64,000 nt of DNA from an uncultured Candidatus Saccharibacteria bacterium (GCA_964457775.1 CAYWEW010000003.1:30776-94775); one strand, 5' to 3'. Positions 9,449 to 19,538 are shown, numbered from the stretch's first letter. Made by a program: numbers and translations. Notes: generated from the letters alone by a model not told the origin.

Positions 9449-9485
9449 AGAGCGACGATGGGTTCCGCAGCTAGCAAGCGAAGGA
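9449..9485 (+). repeat. GC-rich REP-like element, copy 1 (copy 2 at 10764-10827)
   Basis: agagcgacgatgggttcc + agctagcaagcgaagga blocks recur after the next gene. Confidence 0.55.
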
Positions 9486-9505
9486 ACAACGAGATAAAAT
9501 AATTT

Positions 9506-10765
9506 ATGCCTAACAAAATAAACGAAAACAAAATATGGGACGTAGTCGTTATAGGTGGCGGTCCTGCGGGTATGATGGCAGCTGGCCGCGCTGGTGCGAA
9601 AGGAAAGAAAGTTTTACTTCTTGAAAAGAATACTGTTTTAGGTAAAAAACTTCTCATTACAGGAGGGGGTCGTTGTAATATTACAAACAACAAAGCAACT
9701 ACACGTGACATGCTTGCAAAATATAAAGGTAATGATCAATTCTTATTTTCTGCGTTTTCACAATTTGACGTACCAACAACACTTTCATTTTTCAAAGATA
9801 AAGGTTGTCCAACTAAAGTAGAAAATGAAGGAAGAATGTTTCCAGTGTCAGACAAAGCTCAATCAGTTTACGATGTTCTGTATGAATATATGAGAGAGGG
9901 TAAAGTTGAAATTAGAAAAAGTAGTATAGTTGGCGGTCTAAAAGTTGCGAAAGGTGGTGAAGGAGTAATTATTAGTACAAAAAGTGGAAATGATATTCAT
10001 GCAAGGTCTTGTATATTAGCAACAGGTGGAACATCGCGTCCAGAAACTGGCTCAACAGGTGAGGGTTTCGCCTGGCTCAAAAAGCTAGGTCACACTATTA
10101 TCGAGAATGATGCAGCCCTTGTTCCTGTTGCGTTAACGGATACATGGATAAAAAAGTTAAGTGGGAATACTTTGGATGATATTAAATTAACTACATTTCA
10201 AAATAATCAAAAACAAGAAAGCTATAAAGGTAAATTATTGTTCACACATTTTGGCATTAGTGGTCCAACTGTGCTTAATATGAGTAAAGATATAGGTGAG
10301 TTGCTCAAATATGGAGAGGTGGATATAGTTATCGATTTATTTCCATCTATTGATAATGGAACACTTAAGTCACGATTACAATCTGTTCTCGTAGAAGATA
10401 GTAATAAAAAATTAAAGAATGTTCTCTCAAGAATTATACCGTCATTTTTGGTTTCCACAATTCTCTCTCTTTCAGAGATTGACGGACAGACATTTAATCA
10501 TAGTGTGAGTAGTGAGGACAGGGTGAAGTTAGTGAAGCAGATGAAAGAAATTAAACTTCACGTGAAAGGTTTACTCGGAAAAGAAAAAGCAATCGTAAGC
10601 TCAGGGGGGGTTACTCTTACTGAAGTTGATATGAAGACAATGGAGTCAAAAATTGTAAAAGGACTTTATATTGTTGGAGATGTTTTAAATATTGATAGAC
10701 CTTCAGGTGGCTACAGTCTTCAACTTTGCTGGACTACAGGGTGGGTAGCTGGTCAAGCCGTGTAG
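9506..10765 (+). CDS. HI0933/YhiN/BaiN-family flavoprotein
   Basis: GGGPAG, GKKLLITGGGRCNITN, LFTHFGISGP, GGYSLQLCWTTG. Confidence 0.9.
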   Translation: MPNKINENKIWDVVVIGGGPAGMMAAGRAGAKGKKVLLLEKNTVLGKKLLITGGGRCNITNNKATTRDMLAKYKGNDQFLFSAFSQFDVPTTLSFFKDKGCPTKVENEGRMFPVSDKAQSVYDVLYEYMREGKVEIRKSSIVGGLKVAKGGEGVIISTKSGNDIHARSCILATGGTSRPETGSTGEGFAWLKKLGHTIIENDAALVPVALTDTWIKKLSGNTLDDIKLTTFQNNQKQESYKGKLLFTHFGISGPTVLNMSKDIGELLKYGEVDIVIDLFPSIDNGTLKSRLQSVLVEDSNKKLKNVLSRIIPSFLVSTILSLSEIDGQTFNHSVSSEDRVKLVKQMKEIKLHVKGLLGKEKAIVSSGGVTLTEVDMKTMESKIVKGLYIVGDVLNIDRPSGGYSLQLCWTTGWVAGQAV

Positions 10766-10827
10766 AGCGGCGAAGAGTTCCAGATTCAGTATAATCAAGT
10801 CTTGGACTAAAGCTAGCAAACGAAGGA
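10764..10827 (+). repeat. GC-rich REP-like element, copy 2 (with internal insertion)
   Basis: agagcggcgaagagttcc (15/18 identical to copy 1) and agctagcaaacgaagga (16/17). Confidence 0.55.
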
Positions 10828-10879
10828 GTAGATTATGTGACCACTAGGGTATATACAACAGTAAATATACAAAAGAAAA

Positions 10880-10902
10880 AGCGCGACCCTTCGGGTCGCG
10901 CT
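10880..10902 (-). terminator. Terminator for the 10908-11409 ORF pair
   Basis: agcgcgaccc-ttc-gggtcgcgct preceded by an A-run. Confidence 0.7.
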
Positions 10903-10907
10903 TCGCA

Positions 10908-11189
10908 TTAATGTTTTTGTGAAGGTTGTTCGTGTGGAAGAGTTAATGAAAATACTTTACCCCATCCTTGATGATGCAGCATTCCTTCATTCATTGTACT
11001 TATCAGTATTCCGAGCCAGGTGTCATCTTTCGCAGTAATTTCTACGCGATAATTATCAAGATGTGTCTCCATTTCATCTGGAGATATTTTTACTTCTGCT
11101 CCTCGAGCTGATTCAAGTTCGTAAAAGAGAGCAAAAAAATCAGGCAAATGTTTTCTGTTTAGGGTTGCTGAGTAAGTTCCCATGCTCAT
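10908..11189 (-). CDS. Hypothetical protein
   Basis: 93 aa, AAGGA SD. Confidence 0.55.
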   Translation of the reverse strand: MSMGTYSATLNRKHLPDFFALFYELESARGAEVKISPDEMETHLDNYRVEITAKDDTWLGILISTMNEGMLHHQGWGKVFSLTLPHEQPSQKH

Positions 11190-11202
11190 ATATCCTTAAA
11201 AG

Positions 11203-11409
11203 TTATCTGCATTCTAGAAATCTTCCACGATGAATATGGCCAGTTATTCCATCTTCAAGTTCAATGCAAAGATTGGAACCAGAAATATCTTTTACTTTGT
11301 ATCTACCTCCAATTTCTACTTGATATTCCCGTGCTGTGTACCCCGTTGGTAGTTCAATCAAAGTGACAAATTCTCCAACTAAGCTGCGGATATTATTAAA
11401 CATCGTCAT
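11203..11409 (-). CDS. Small hypothetical protein (start possibly 11403)
   Basis: 68 aa; TTGACA promoter, boxA-like motif and AAGGA SD upstream. Confidence 0.55.
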   Translation of the reverse strand: MTMFNNIRSLVGEFVTLIELPTGYTAREYQVEIGGRYKVKDISGSNLCIELEDGITGHIHRGRFLECR

Positions 11410-11498
11410 TCCTTTTTGAAAAGAACTATTCGAAATCTACCATTTTAGGAATATTTGTCAAAGAAGATATGAATTTTAAAATGTGTTAGAATACTTCC

Positions 11499-12548
11499 AT
11501 GTTTGAGCGATTTTATCGACAATTTTCTAATGATATTGGTATCGATTTGGGTACTGCAAATACTCTCGTATATCTTCGAGGGAGAGGTATTGTAATTAAT
11601 GAACCATCCGTGGTTGCTATTAATACCAAAACTGACCGAGTGGTTGCTGTTGGTTTGGAAGCAAAGAATATGATGGGTCGCACACCTTCACATATTCGTA
11701 TTGTTCGCCCGCTTGTTGATGGGGTTATTTCTGATTATGAAGTTACAGAGGAAATGCTTTCGTATTTGATTAATAAAGCTAACGACACAGTTAAGAAACT
11801 TCTACGCCCTCGTGTTGTTATCGGTATACCAGTTGGTATTACTAATGTTGAAATGCGTGCAGTGTATGATGCAGCGAAATCAGCAGGTGCTCGTGAAGTG
11901 TACATTGTTGAAGAACCAATGGCTGCTGCAATCGGTGTTCATATGCCAGTGCATGAACCAGTTGGTAGTATGATGATAGACATAGGGGGTGGAACAACTG
12001 ATATCGCTGTGATTGCACTTTCGGGAGTTGTGCGGGCAAAAAGTATAAAAATCGCCGGAGATGTTTTAACTGAAAATATTATTGCTTATATGAGAGATGA
12101 GTTCAAAATGTTAGTTGGTGAAAAAACAGCTGAGCATATAAAAGTAAGTATTGGTTCAGCTTTACCAGATGAGAATGGTGAAGAGTTAAGTGTAAAGGGT
12201 CGTGATTTAGTAACTGGTCTTCCTCGTGAAGCGATTATTACTGACGTAGATATTCGTGAAGCAATGTACAGTTCCATTTCGCAATTGGTTGATGCTATAC
12301 GTGAAGTTTTGGAAACAACGCCACCAGAAGTACTCGCAGATATTATGCATAAGGGAATGACATTGTCCGGTGGCGGAGCTCTGATTAAAAATCTTCCACA
12401 ATTATTGGAGATGCAATTAAAAGTCCCAGTAACTGTTGCAGACGATCCGCTTACTGCGGTTGCTCGTGGTTGTGGAATTATTTTAGAAGACGTTACTCTT
12501 TATAAGGATGTATTAATACAAGACACTAATGACATATCTTTCAGGTAA
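11499..12548 (+). CDS. mreB: Rod shape-determining protein MreB
   Basis: DIGIDLGTANT, NEPSVVA, EEPMAAAIG, DIGGGTT. Confidence 0.97.
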   Translation: MFERFYRQFSNDIGIDLGTANTLVYLRGRGIVINEPSVVAINTKTDRVVAVGLEAKNMMGRTPSHIRIVRPLVDGVISDYEVTEEMLSYLINKANDTVKKLLRPRVVIGIPVGITNVEMRAVYDAAKSAGAREVYIVEEPMAAAIGVHMPVHEPVGSMMIDIGGGTTDIAVIALSGVVRAKSIKIAGDVLTENIIAYMRDEFKMLVGEKTAEHIKVSIGSALPDENGEELSVKGRDLVTGLPREAIITDVDIREAMYSSISQLVDAIREVLETTPPEVLADIMHKGMTLSGGGALIKNLPQLLEMQLKVPVTVADDPLTAVARGCGIILEDVTLYKDVLIQDTNDISFR

Positions 12549-13329
12549 GGCAAATAAAAGAAAAAAGAATACTCGTTACTTTATATATATCAGTATTATA
12601 TTTTTGCTAGTTATTTTTTGGTCTGCCTTTAAAAATATTTTTTATCCAGTCCTTGAACCATTTGTTATGAGGTACGCGATTACGAAAACAGCTTTCAGTG
12701 ATATTCCAGAATTTATCCATACTTACACAACCTCAATGTCTGAACTTGTTCAAAGAAACAAAAATCTTGAAATTGATATTGAATACCTCGAAAATAAAAT
12801 TGCTGAAAAAGATGCGAAACTAAAAGAGTTTAATTTTATAGTAGAAGAAAATGGTTTAATACCGACGGAGTCAACGATTGTTATGTATCCACTAATGCAA
12901 GATGTTACAAAAATTTACTCAACAATAATTCTCTCAAAAGGTTTTAAAGATGGAATAGAAAAAGATATGTATGTTTATGTTAGGGGGCTACAGCCAGTCT
13001 GTGTTATAAAAGAAGTCTACACTTCAACGTCGTTATGTGAACTTATATCAAAGTCAGACACAGTAACTGAAGTTGTTGTGAAAGGGAAAGCAAGTTCTAC
13101 AATTGCATTTACAGTAACTGGTCGTGGTGGCGGAACTTTTCTTGGAGATGTGGCGCGTGATACACAAGTTGAAATCGGGGATGAAGTTTATTTAAAAAGT
13201 GATCAATCAATGAAGCTAGGTAAGGTAGTTAATGTTATGAATAATAATCAAGATACATCATGGCGTGTTTTTGTAAGTGGAGTGTACAATCCTGTTACGT
13301 CTTCAATTTTTTATACTCACAAAAAATAA
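12529..13329 (+). CDS. mreC: Rod shape-determining protein MreC (divergent)
   Basis: N-terminal TM, coiled coil, KGxxDG, G-x-GG motif; position after mreB. Confidence 0.75.
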   Translation: MTYLSGKANKRKKNTRYFIYISIIFLLVIFWSAFKNIFYPVLEPFVMRYAITKTAFSDIPEFIHTYTTSMSELVQRNKNLEIDIEYLENKIAEKDAKLKEFNFIVEENGLIPTESTIVMYPLMQDVTKIYSTIILSKGFKDGIEKDMYVYVRGLQPVCVIKEVYTSTSLCELISKSDTVTEVVVKGKASSTIAFTVTGRGGGTFLGDVARDTQVEIGDEVYLKSDQSMKLGKVVNVMNNNQDTSWRVFVSGVYNPVTSSIFYTHKK

Positions 13330-13488
13330 ATGAAAATTAAAGTCTTTATTATTGGATTAAGTGTTACGTTGGCAGTATTTTTGGATGTGGTTCTGTCTAA
13401 TTCAGAATATCCGATACTTACTTTATTTGTATGTGGTATAGTATTTTTATATGAGTATATTTCGCCGTATATCTACAGGTCGTACTAG
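13330..13488 (+). CDS. 52-aa two-TM protein in the mreD position
   Basis: Not in ORF track: MKIKVFIIGLSVTLAVFLDVVLSNSEYPILTLFVCGIVFLYEYISPYIYRSY; starts right after the mreC stop. Confidence 0.55.
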   Translation: MKIKVFIIGLSVTLAVFLDVVLSNSEYPILTLFVCGIVFLYEYISPYIYRSY

Positions 13489-15241
13489 AAAAATTAGTTC
13501 TCATGAAATAGATCCAGAAGATGTTTTTTTGGATTCCCAAAATTTGTCCTCATTGAATATTGATCAGATGCAAGGCCATTTTGAACGGCCACTTGGTAAG
13601 CATGTTTTCTATATTTTTTTAGTAGGAATTTTTATTCTTCTTGGTTCATATACTTACAGACTTTTTAGTATGCAAATTATTAATGGAGAGGTATACATTA
13701 AAAAAGCAGATAATAACCATTTAAAAAAATTACCACTCTTTGCACTTCGCGGAACTATTACTGATAGAAATGGAGAATTGCTTGCATGGAATACACTAGG
13801 TAACTATATTTATAAAGATACAAACAGTACATCTTCAGAAAAAGTTTCTGTAGATGATATCCCAATGCGTGTATACACCGAAGAAGAAGGTTTCTCACAT
13901 TTGCTTGGTTATGTGAGTTATCCAAAGCGCGATACTAGTGGTGTTTTTTGGCAAGATGAATATATAGGCAAAGATGGGGTGGAGAAACAGTATCAGACTT
14001 ATTTGCAAGGAACAAAAGGAGAAAGAATTATAGCTATAGATGCCCTTCATCAAATAGAGGCGCAGAATGTAGTTGTATACCCAGCTCACGGTGCTAATTT
14101 ACAACTTAGTATTGATAAAGAAATACAATCAAGGTTATATAAAGGCATAGAAGGTCTTGCTAAAAAAGCATCCTTTGTTTCTGGTGCTGGAGTGATTATG
14201 GATATTCATACAGGAGAAATTTTAGCGATAACCAGTTATCCTGAGTATGACAACAATATGATGACTAACGCTAAGACAAAAGAAGAGAATAAAAAGGTTG
14301 GAGAAGATTTGCTTGATAAAAGACAAAAGTTTTTGAATAGAGCTGTTAGTGGATTGTTTACGCCGGGCTCCACTGTAAAACCTTTTATTGCAATCGCAGC
14401 CCTTATGGAAGATGTTATTACACCTGAACAGAATATTTATAGTTCTGGTAAATTAGTTATTAAAAATAAATACGGTGGACCAGATACTGTTTTTAAAGAT
14501 TGGAAGGCTCATGGATATACTGATATGAGAAAAGCTCTAGAACAATCGTCTGATGAATATTTTTATCAAGTTGGAGGAGGTTATAAAGATCAGAAAGGCC
14601 TTGGGATTGATAGAATAAATAAATATGCTCGAATGTTTGGTTTTGGAACAACAACAGGAATAGATTTGCCTGCAGAGGCAAGCGGCAATATTCCATCACC
14701 AGAATGGAAAAAGAAAATATTCGGAGAGGATTGGCTGGTGGGTAATACTTACCATACTTCTATTGGTCAATACGGTTTTCAATTATCAGCTCTTGAACTT
14801 GTGCGAGGAGTTGCTGCAATTGCAAATGGAGGTTACCTCGTAACACCGCATGTACTTAAAGGACTGCCAACATCTAGTACGTCTATTGATTTGCCAGAAA
14901 GGGATTTGAAAGTTATAAGAGAAGGAATGCATCTTGTTGTTCATGGTGATGGTGGGACAGGTAAACCACTTAACATAACAGGAGTTGATGTTGCGGCAAA
15001 ATCTGGAACGGCGGAGTTGGGTGTTAGTAAGCAGTTAGTTAACTCTCTTATTACAGGATACTTTCCATACGAAGAACCAAAGTACGCTTTTGTTGTTGTA
15101 ATGGAAAAAGCAGATAGACATAATACTTTCGGTGCGGCTCACTCAATGAAGGAATTACTTGCCTGGATGAGAGACAATACCGACTATACAAAAACCTCTA
15201 AAGAGATTGAAAGTAAGAAAGATTTTATAAAAGATTTTTAA
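13451..15241 (+). CDS. mrdA: Penicillin-binding protein 2 (class B)
   Basis: RGTITDRNG, PGSTVK (SxxK), SSD, KSGTAE; in the mre cluster. Confidence 0.9.
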   Translation: MSIFRRISTGRTRKISSHEIDPEDVFLDSQNLSSLNIDQMQGHFERPLGKHVFYIFLVGIFILLGSYTYRLFSMQIINGEVYIKKADNNHLKKLPLFALRGTITDRNGELLAWNTLGNYIYKDTNSTSSEKVSVDDIPMRVYTEEEGFSHLLGYVSYPKRDTSGVFWQDEYIGKDGVEKQYQTYLQGTKGERIIAIDALHQIEAQNVVVYPAHGANLQLSIDKEIQSRLYKGIEGLAKKASFVSGAGVIMDIHTGEILAITSYPEYDNNMMTNAKTKEENKKVGEDLLDKRQKFLNRAVSGLFTPGSTVKPFIAIAALMEDVITPEQNIYSSGKLVIKNKYGGPDTVFKDWKAHGYTDMRKALEQSSDEYFYQVGGGYKDQKGLGIDRINKYARMFGFGTTTGIDLPAEASGNIPSPEWKKKIFGEDWLVGNTYHTSIGQYGFQLSALELVRGVAAIANGGYLVTPHVLKGLPTSSTSIDLPERDLKVIREGMHLVVHGDGGTGKPLNITGVDVAAKSGTAELGVSKQLVNSLITGYFPYEEPKYAFVVVMEKADRHNTFGAAHSMKELLAWMRDNTDYTKTSKEIESKKDFIKDF

Positions 15242-15314
15242 AATAAAGTATATTGTTACTATTGTCAATATTACAAAAAAGACGTTTTCATGCTACTATT
15301 TGAGAAACAAATTT

Positions 15315-15770
15315 ATGGAATATTTAACATTAGAAAAGAAAAATGAATTAGAAAATGAGCTTTTACAGCTCAAAAGTGTTCGTCGTAAGGAAATTGCAGA
15401 TTCTCTTGAATATGCAAAGTCTCTTGGTGATTTGTCAGAAAATGCTGAATATCATCAAGCTCGTGAAGACCAAGCTAATTGTGAGGATCGTATTTCTCAT
15501 ATTGAGCAAATTCTTAAGAATGCAGTTATTATGGAAACAGGTGTTAGTGGTGTTGTAAGTGTTGGTTCAACGGTTACAGTGTTAAAAAAAGGAAGTAAGG
15601 AAGAAAAGACTTTTGCTCTTGTTGGTAGTGAAGAAGCAGATTCTGTTTCTGGTAAAATTTCAAATGAGTCTCCGCTAGGGCAAGCATTACTTGGAAAGAA
15701 AAAAGGCGACAAAGTAATTGTTCACGCACCAAAAGGAGAAGTAGAATATTCAATTGTATCAACTGTTTAG
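15315..15770 (+). CDS. greA: Transcription elongation factor GreA
   Basis: GDLSENAEY, ISNESPLGQALLGK. Confidence 0.95.
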   Translation: MEYLTLEKKNELENELLQLKSVRRKEIADSLEYAKSLGDLSENAEYHQAREDQANCEDRISHIEQILKNAVIMETGVSGVVSVGSTVTVLKKGSKEEKTFALVGSEEADSVSGKISNESPLGQALLGKKKGDKVIVHAPKGEVEYSIVSTV

Positions 15771-15832
15771 TTCGTAGTTACTGGTTACTAGTTGGTGGTA
15801 AATACAAAAGCGACAACAAAGTTGTCGCTTTT
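15731..15832 (+). repeat. Direct repeat, copy 1: greA 3' end + heptamers + terminator
   Basis: 15751-15832 identical (82 bp) to 17902-17983; 15731-15750 matches 17882-17901 at 16/20. Confidence 0.95.
15806..15832 (+). terminator. greA terminator
   Basis: aaaagcgacaac-aaa-gttgtcgctttt. Confidence 0.8.
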
Positions 15833-15899
15833 TGTGTTTAGTTTTATTGAATAAGTTTTCCCAAGGATAATGTTACACTGTATGTGTAGTATATAATTA

Positions 15900-17840
15900 T
15901 TGTTTTATATTCTACTTAAATATATAACAAGTGTGTATTCTCAAATTTACATAATTCAGCGTCTCCTAAATATAGCTCTGCCTTTTTTTGCTCTAATATT
16001 GCTTGTTGCAATCATTTTTTTTATTTATAAACTTTTTACGACAACAGATGAAGTTCGGGCTATAAATATGAGACGGATGACATTTAGTATAGTATCCATA
16101 TTTCTTGTCGTTATTCTTTGGGTTGTAGTTACTTTTTTAGGTTCTTCTACATATTTATTTAATAATTTTACCCACCTCTTTAAGGCATCTATATCTAATG
16201 ATTTGCATGCAAATCCAAATTTAGGGGGTGGGCCACTTGTTGTTTCCTTGACTGCGCCGGATGAGGTTATGAGAAAAATGGAAAATTGTACATATAGTAT
16301 TGGTTGGTTCGGGTCAAGTGGTAATGGTCTTTCCGTTGATTGGGGAGATGGAAAATCTGAGCCTAATCCAAATTCAAATGAAGGTAATAATGGTAAAAGT
16401 TGTACAGAGGTAGTAAAGAAACATATATATACTGCACCTGGAAAGTATACGATTAAAGTCACTAGTTGGCATCCTGGTCCAACTGATGGCGCTGTTATAG
16501 ATTGGATAGGAAAAACAAATGTGGAAGTAACTGTAAAAGATAATATTACATCCTCCATTGAGATTTTATCTCCTTCAGATGGAGAAACTTATTTTTATCA
16601 AAGTGATCCAGTGATTACTTGGAAGGTTATTGCTGGGAAGAAACTTTCACTTGTTAGTGAATTATTAGATAAAAATGATAATGTAATTGTTTCTGAAAAA
16701 AAAGATAACATTGCATTTAGTGGCGAAGGTAGTACTAGGTTTATATTAAGAGGTAGAACATACGATAATTTTTTAAAAAATGGTGATATCGAGACTACGA
16801 CAAGAGTTCGTCTTTTTGATAATAATACTATTGTTGCAGAAAACAGAAGTAAAGTTTTTACTTTATCAGCAAGGCATGTCGACTCAATAAATGAAAAACT
16901 TATAATATCTTCTGTTTCCAGCACTAGTCCATTTAGCGTAAAGGCATCATTTTCTTATTTTAATGCAATATGTGTCTCAAGCGTACTTGATTGGGGGGAT
17001 GGGTCACCTTTAGTAGAAAATATTAAACAAGTTCAAAAATCATGCCCACTAGATGATGAAACTAAAACATTTGAACATGTGTATCAAAAAATAGGTAAAT
17101 ACAAGATTATTTTAAAAACAAACGAATTTGATTTTGATGATGTTAAATTAGTCGTCCCTTATTATTCTAAGACAATTGAAGTTTCAGATGGGGGCATAAT
17201 AATTCCAAAGGATAAAACAGTTCCAGAAGTAGAAGTAGTGATTCCTGTTGTGGTGCCAAGTATTAGTATTAAATATGTATATCCAGATTACCTTAAGTTG
17301 AGTTATGAGAATTTATCAGAGTCAACAGCTGAGCTAATTAGTGAAAAAACAGGAAAAGTCGTGCATAGTATTGGTGTTATTAAGGATATGAGTGGTTCAC
17401 AACGAGTATATTTAAAGTCTATATCTGCTTTAGGAAAAAATTTAGAAAATGGGTATTATTATGTGCGTACCGTATCTAATTCAACATTAAAGCAAGAGGT
17501 TGTTCGTAGTGATCGCTTTTATTTTCAGCCTAATATTAATAATCCAGCAACCTTCATGTACCCTCTAAAGGATATAATTATAAAAAAAGGAGAACCATTA
17601 AAAGTTGATTATAAAATTAATCAAAATGAACTGGACGGTGATCCACTTTCTATCACAATTAGTATTGTTGGTGATAATTCTGTGATTGGGGGAGGGTACG
17701 GTGAAAAAGCAGTAATTGGGGAACATTCTCATGAATGGATTATTGATGAGGTTGGTATATATCGTCCTTACATAAATGTACGGTTTAGAGAAATTTCATA
17801 TACATTTCCTGGAGCGCTTATTACTGTGGTTGGTAATTAA
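15900..17840 (+). CDS. Surface protein: CPR pilin-like two-TM N-terminus plus PKD/Ig-like domains
   Basis: Two TM helices with a charged loop; VDWGDG…HIYTAPGKYTI and LDWGDG…HVYQKIGKYKI PKD signatures. Confidence 0.75.
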   Translation: MFYILLKYITSVYSQIYIIQRLLNIALPFFALILLVAIIFFIYKLFTTTDEVRAINMRRMTFSIVSIFLVVILWVVVTFLGSSTYLFNNFTHLFKASISNDLHANPNLGGGPLVVSLTAPDEVMRKMENCTYSIGWFGSSGNGLSVDWGDGKSEPNPNSNEGNNGKSCTEVVKKHIYTAPGKYTIKVTSWHPGPTDGAVIDWIGKTNVEVTVKDNITSSIEILSPSDGETYFYQSDPVITWKVIAGKKLSLVSELLDKNDNVIVSEKKDNIAFSGEGSTRFILRGRTYDNFLKNGDIETTTRVRLFDNNTIVAENRSKVFTLSARHVDSINEKLIISSVSSTSPFSVKASFSYFNAICVSSVLDWGDGSPLVENIKQVQKSCPLDDETKTFEHVYQKIGKYKIILKTNEFDFDDVKLVVPYYSKTIEVSDGGIIIPKDKTVPEVEVVIPVVVPSISIKYVYPDYLKLSYENLSESTAELISEKTGKVVHSIGVIKDMSGSQRVYLKSISALGKNLENGYYYVRTVSNSTLKQEVVRSDRFYFQPNINNPATFMYPLKDIIIKKGEPLKVDYKINQNELDGDPLSITISIVGDNSVIGGGYGEKAVIGEHSHEWIIDEVGIYRPYINVRFREISYTFPGALITVVGN

Positions 17841-17881
17841 TTGTGTAGTTTTTATATAGTAACATAGACTGTATATTCAAG

Positions 17882-17983
17882 AAAAGGTGAAGTTGAAGAT
17901 ACAATTGTATCAACTGTTTAGTTCGTAGTTACTGGTTACTAGTTGGTGGTAAATACAAAAGCGACAACAAAGTTGTCGCTTTT
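17882..17983 (+). repeat. Direct repeat, copy 2: orphan greA 3' end (KGEVEDTIVSTV*) + terminator
   Basis: See copy 1; offset 2151 bp. Confidence 0.95.
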
Positions 17984-18080
17984 GTATTTTATATTTTAGT
18001 CGACTTAGTAATTGGTATCTGGTATTATTAATTGATATTAGTATGTATTAACTACTAACCAGTAACTATAAACTACCCAT

Positions 18081-19538
18081 ATGGCCTCCATCGAAGAACT
18101 TCGCACAGAAAGAATTAAAAAATTAGAGAAATTAAAAGCTCTTGGAATTTCTTCATATCCGAGTTCATCTTCTCGTACTCATGAATTAAAATATGTGGCG
18201 GATAATTTTACTTCACTTGAAAGTCATCAAGATTCAATTATTGTAAATGGCCGTGTTATGTCATCACGTGGACAAGGAGCTATTTGTTTCGTTGATTTGT
18301 ATGACGGAACAAATAGAATGCAAGTTGTTATTAAGTTACCAGAATCAACTGAAGAAGTGATGAATTTTTATCGTGACTACGTAGATATAGGAGACTTTGT
18401 AGAAGTAACTGGAAAAGTTTTTATTACAAAATCAGGTCAGCAAAGTATTCTTGTTAATAAAGTTTCCATGCTATCAAAAGCATTACTTCCACTTCCAGAT
18501 AAATTCCACGGACTTCAGGATGAAGAACTTCGTATGCGTGAAAGATATCTAGATATACTTACGAATCCTGAACTTAGGGAGTTATTAGAAAAGAAGACAA
18601 AATTTTGGGAGGTGACACGCTCATTCTTAAAAGAAAAGGGGTTCTTAGAAGTTGAAACACCAACTCTTGAAGTAACTACAGGAGGTGCAGAGGCTAGACC
18701 ATTTGCTACACATCATTATGATTTTGATTTGCCAGTATTTATGCGTATATCAGTTGGAGAACTTTGGCAGAAGAGATTAATGGCCTCTGGTATCCCGAAG
18801 ACTTTTGAAATAGGCCGTGTATATCGTAATGAAGGTTCATCGCCAGATCATCTCCAGGAATTCACTAACTGTGAATTTTATATGTCATATGCAAATTATG
18901 AAGATGGAATGAAGTTAACTCAAGAACTATATCGCAAATTAGCAGAAGATGTATTCGGTACGACAACATTTACAACACGTGGACACACATTTAATCTTGC
19001 TGATGAATGGACTAAAATTGACTATAGTGAAGAAATAAAACGTCAGACATCTATTGATATAAATACTGCAACCGATGATGAAATAAAAAACAAATTACAA
19101 GATTTGAAAGTGAAGTATGACGGTGTTAATCGTGAGCGATTAATTGATACACTTTGGAAGTATTGTCGTAAGAATATTACTGGTCCATCTTTTGTAATTA
19201 ATCATCCAATAATTATTGCTCCACTTGCAAAGAAGAATACTGATGGTAAAACTGTACAAATGTTCCAACCAGTTATCGCAGGAAGTGAAATTGGACGTGG
19301 CTACTCAGAACTTAATGACCCACTTGATCAAAGAGAGAGATTCGAAGTACAGCAGAAGTTATTAGCTGGAGGGGACGAAGAGGCGATGATGGCAGATTGG
19401 GAATTTGTGGATATGTTAGAACATGGTATGCCCCCTACATGTGGATTTGGTTTTGGCGAAAGATTGTTCGCATTTTTGGCAGATAAACCAGTTCGTGAAG
19501 TACAGACATTCCCACTTACAAGACCAAAAATAATTTAG
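18081..19538 (+). CDS. lysS: Lysyl-tRNA synthetase class II
   Basis: LPLPDKFHGL, RxRYLD, GGAEARPFxT, YRNEG, GMPPTCGFGFG. Confidence 0.97.
   Translation: MASIEELRTERIKKLEKLKALGISSYPSSSSRTHELKYVADNFTSLESHQDSIIVNGRVMSSRGQGAICFVDLYDGTNRMQVVIKLPESTEEVMNFYRDYVDIGDFVEVTGKVFITKSGQQSILVNKVSMLSKALLPLPDKFHGLQDEELRMRERYLDILTNPELRELLEKKTKFWEVTRSFLKEKGFLEVETPTLEVTTGGAEARPFATHHYDFDLPVFMRISVGELWQKRLMASGIPKTFEIGRVYRNEGSSPDHLQEFTNCEFYMSYANYEDGMKLTQELYRKLAEDVFGTTTFTTRGHTFNLADEWTKIDYSEEIKRQTSIDINTATDDEIKNKLQDLKVKYDGVNRERLIDTLWKYCRKNITGPSFVINHPIIIAPLAKKNTDGKTVQMFQPVIAGSEIGRGYSELNDPLDQRERFEVQQKLLAGGDEEAMMADWEFVDMLEHGMPPTCGFGFGERLFAFLADKPVREVQTFPLTRPKII

Noticed and set aside
10830-10860. Possible decayed copy of the HI0933 gene 3' end (ttatgtgaccactagggtat)
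   Set aside because: Needs indels to align with LCWTTG and there is no cargo gene in between; too weak.
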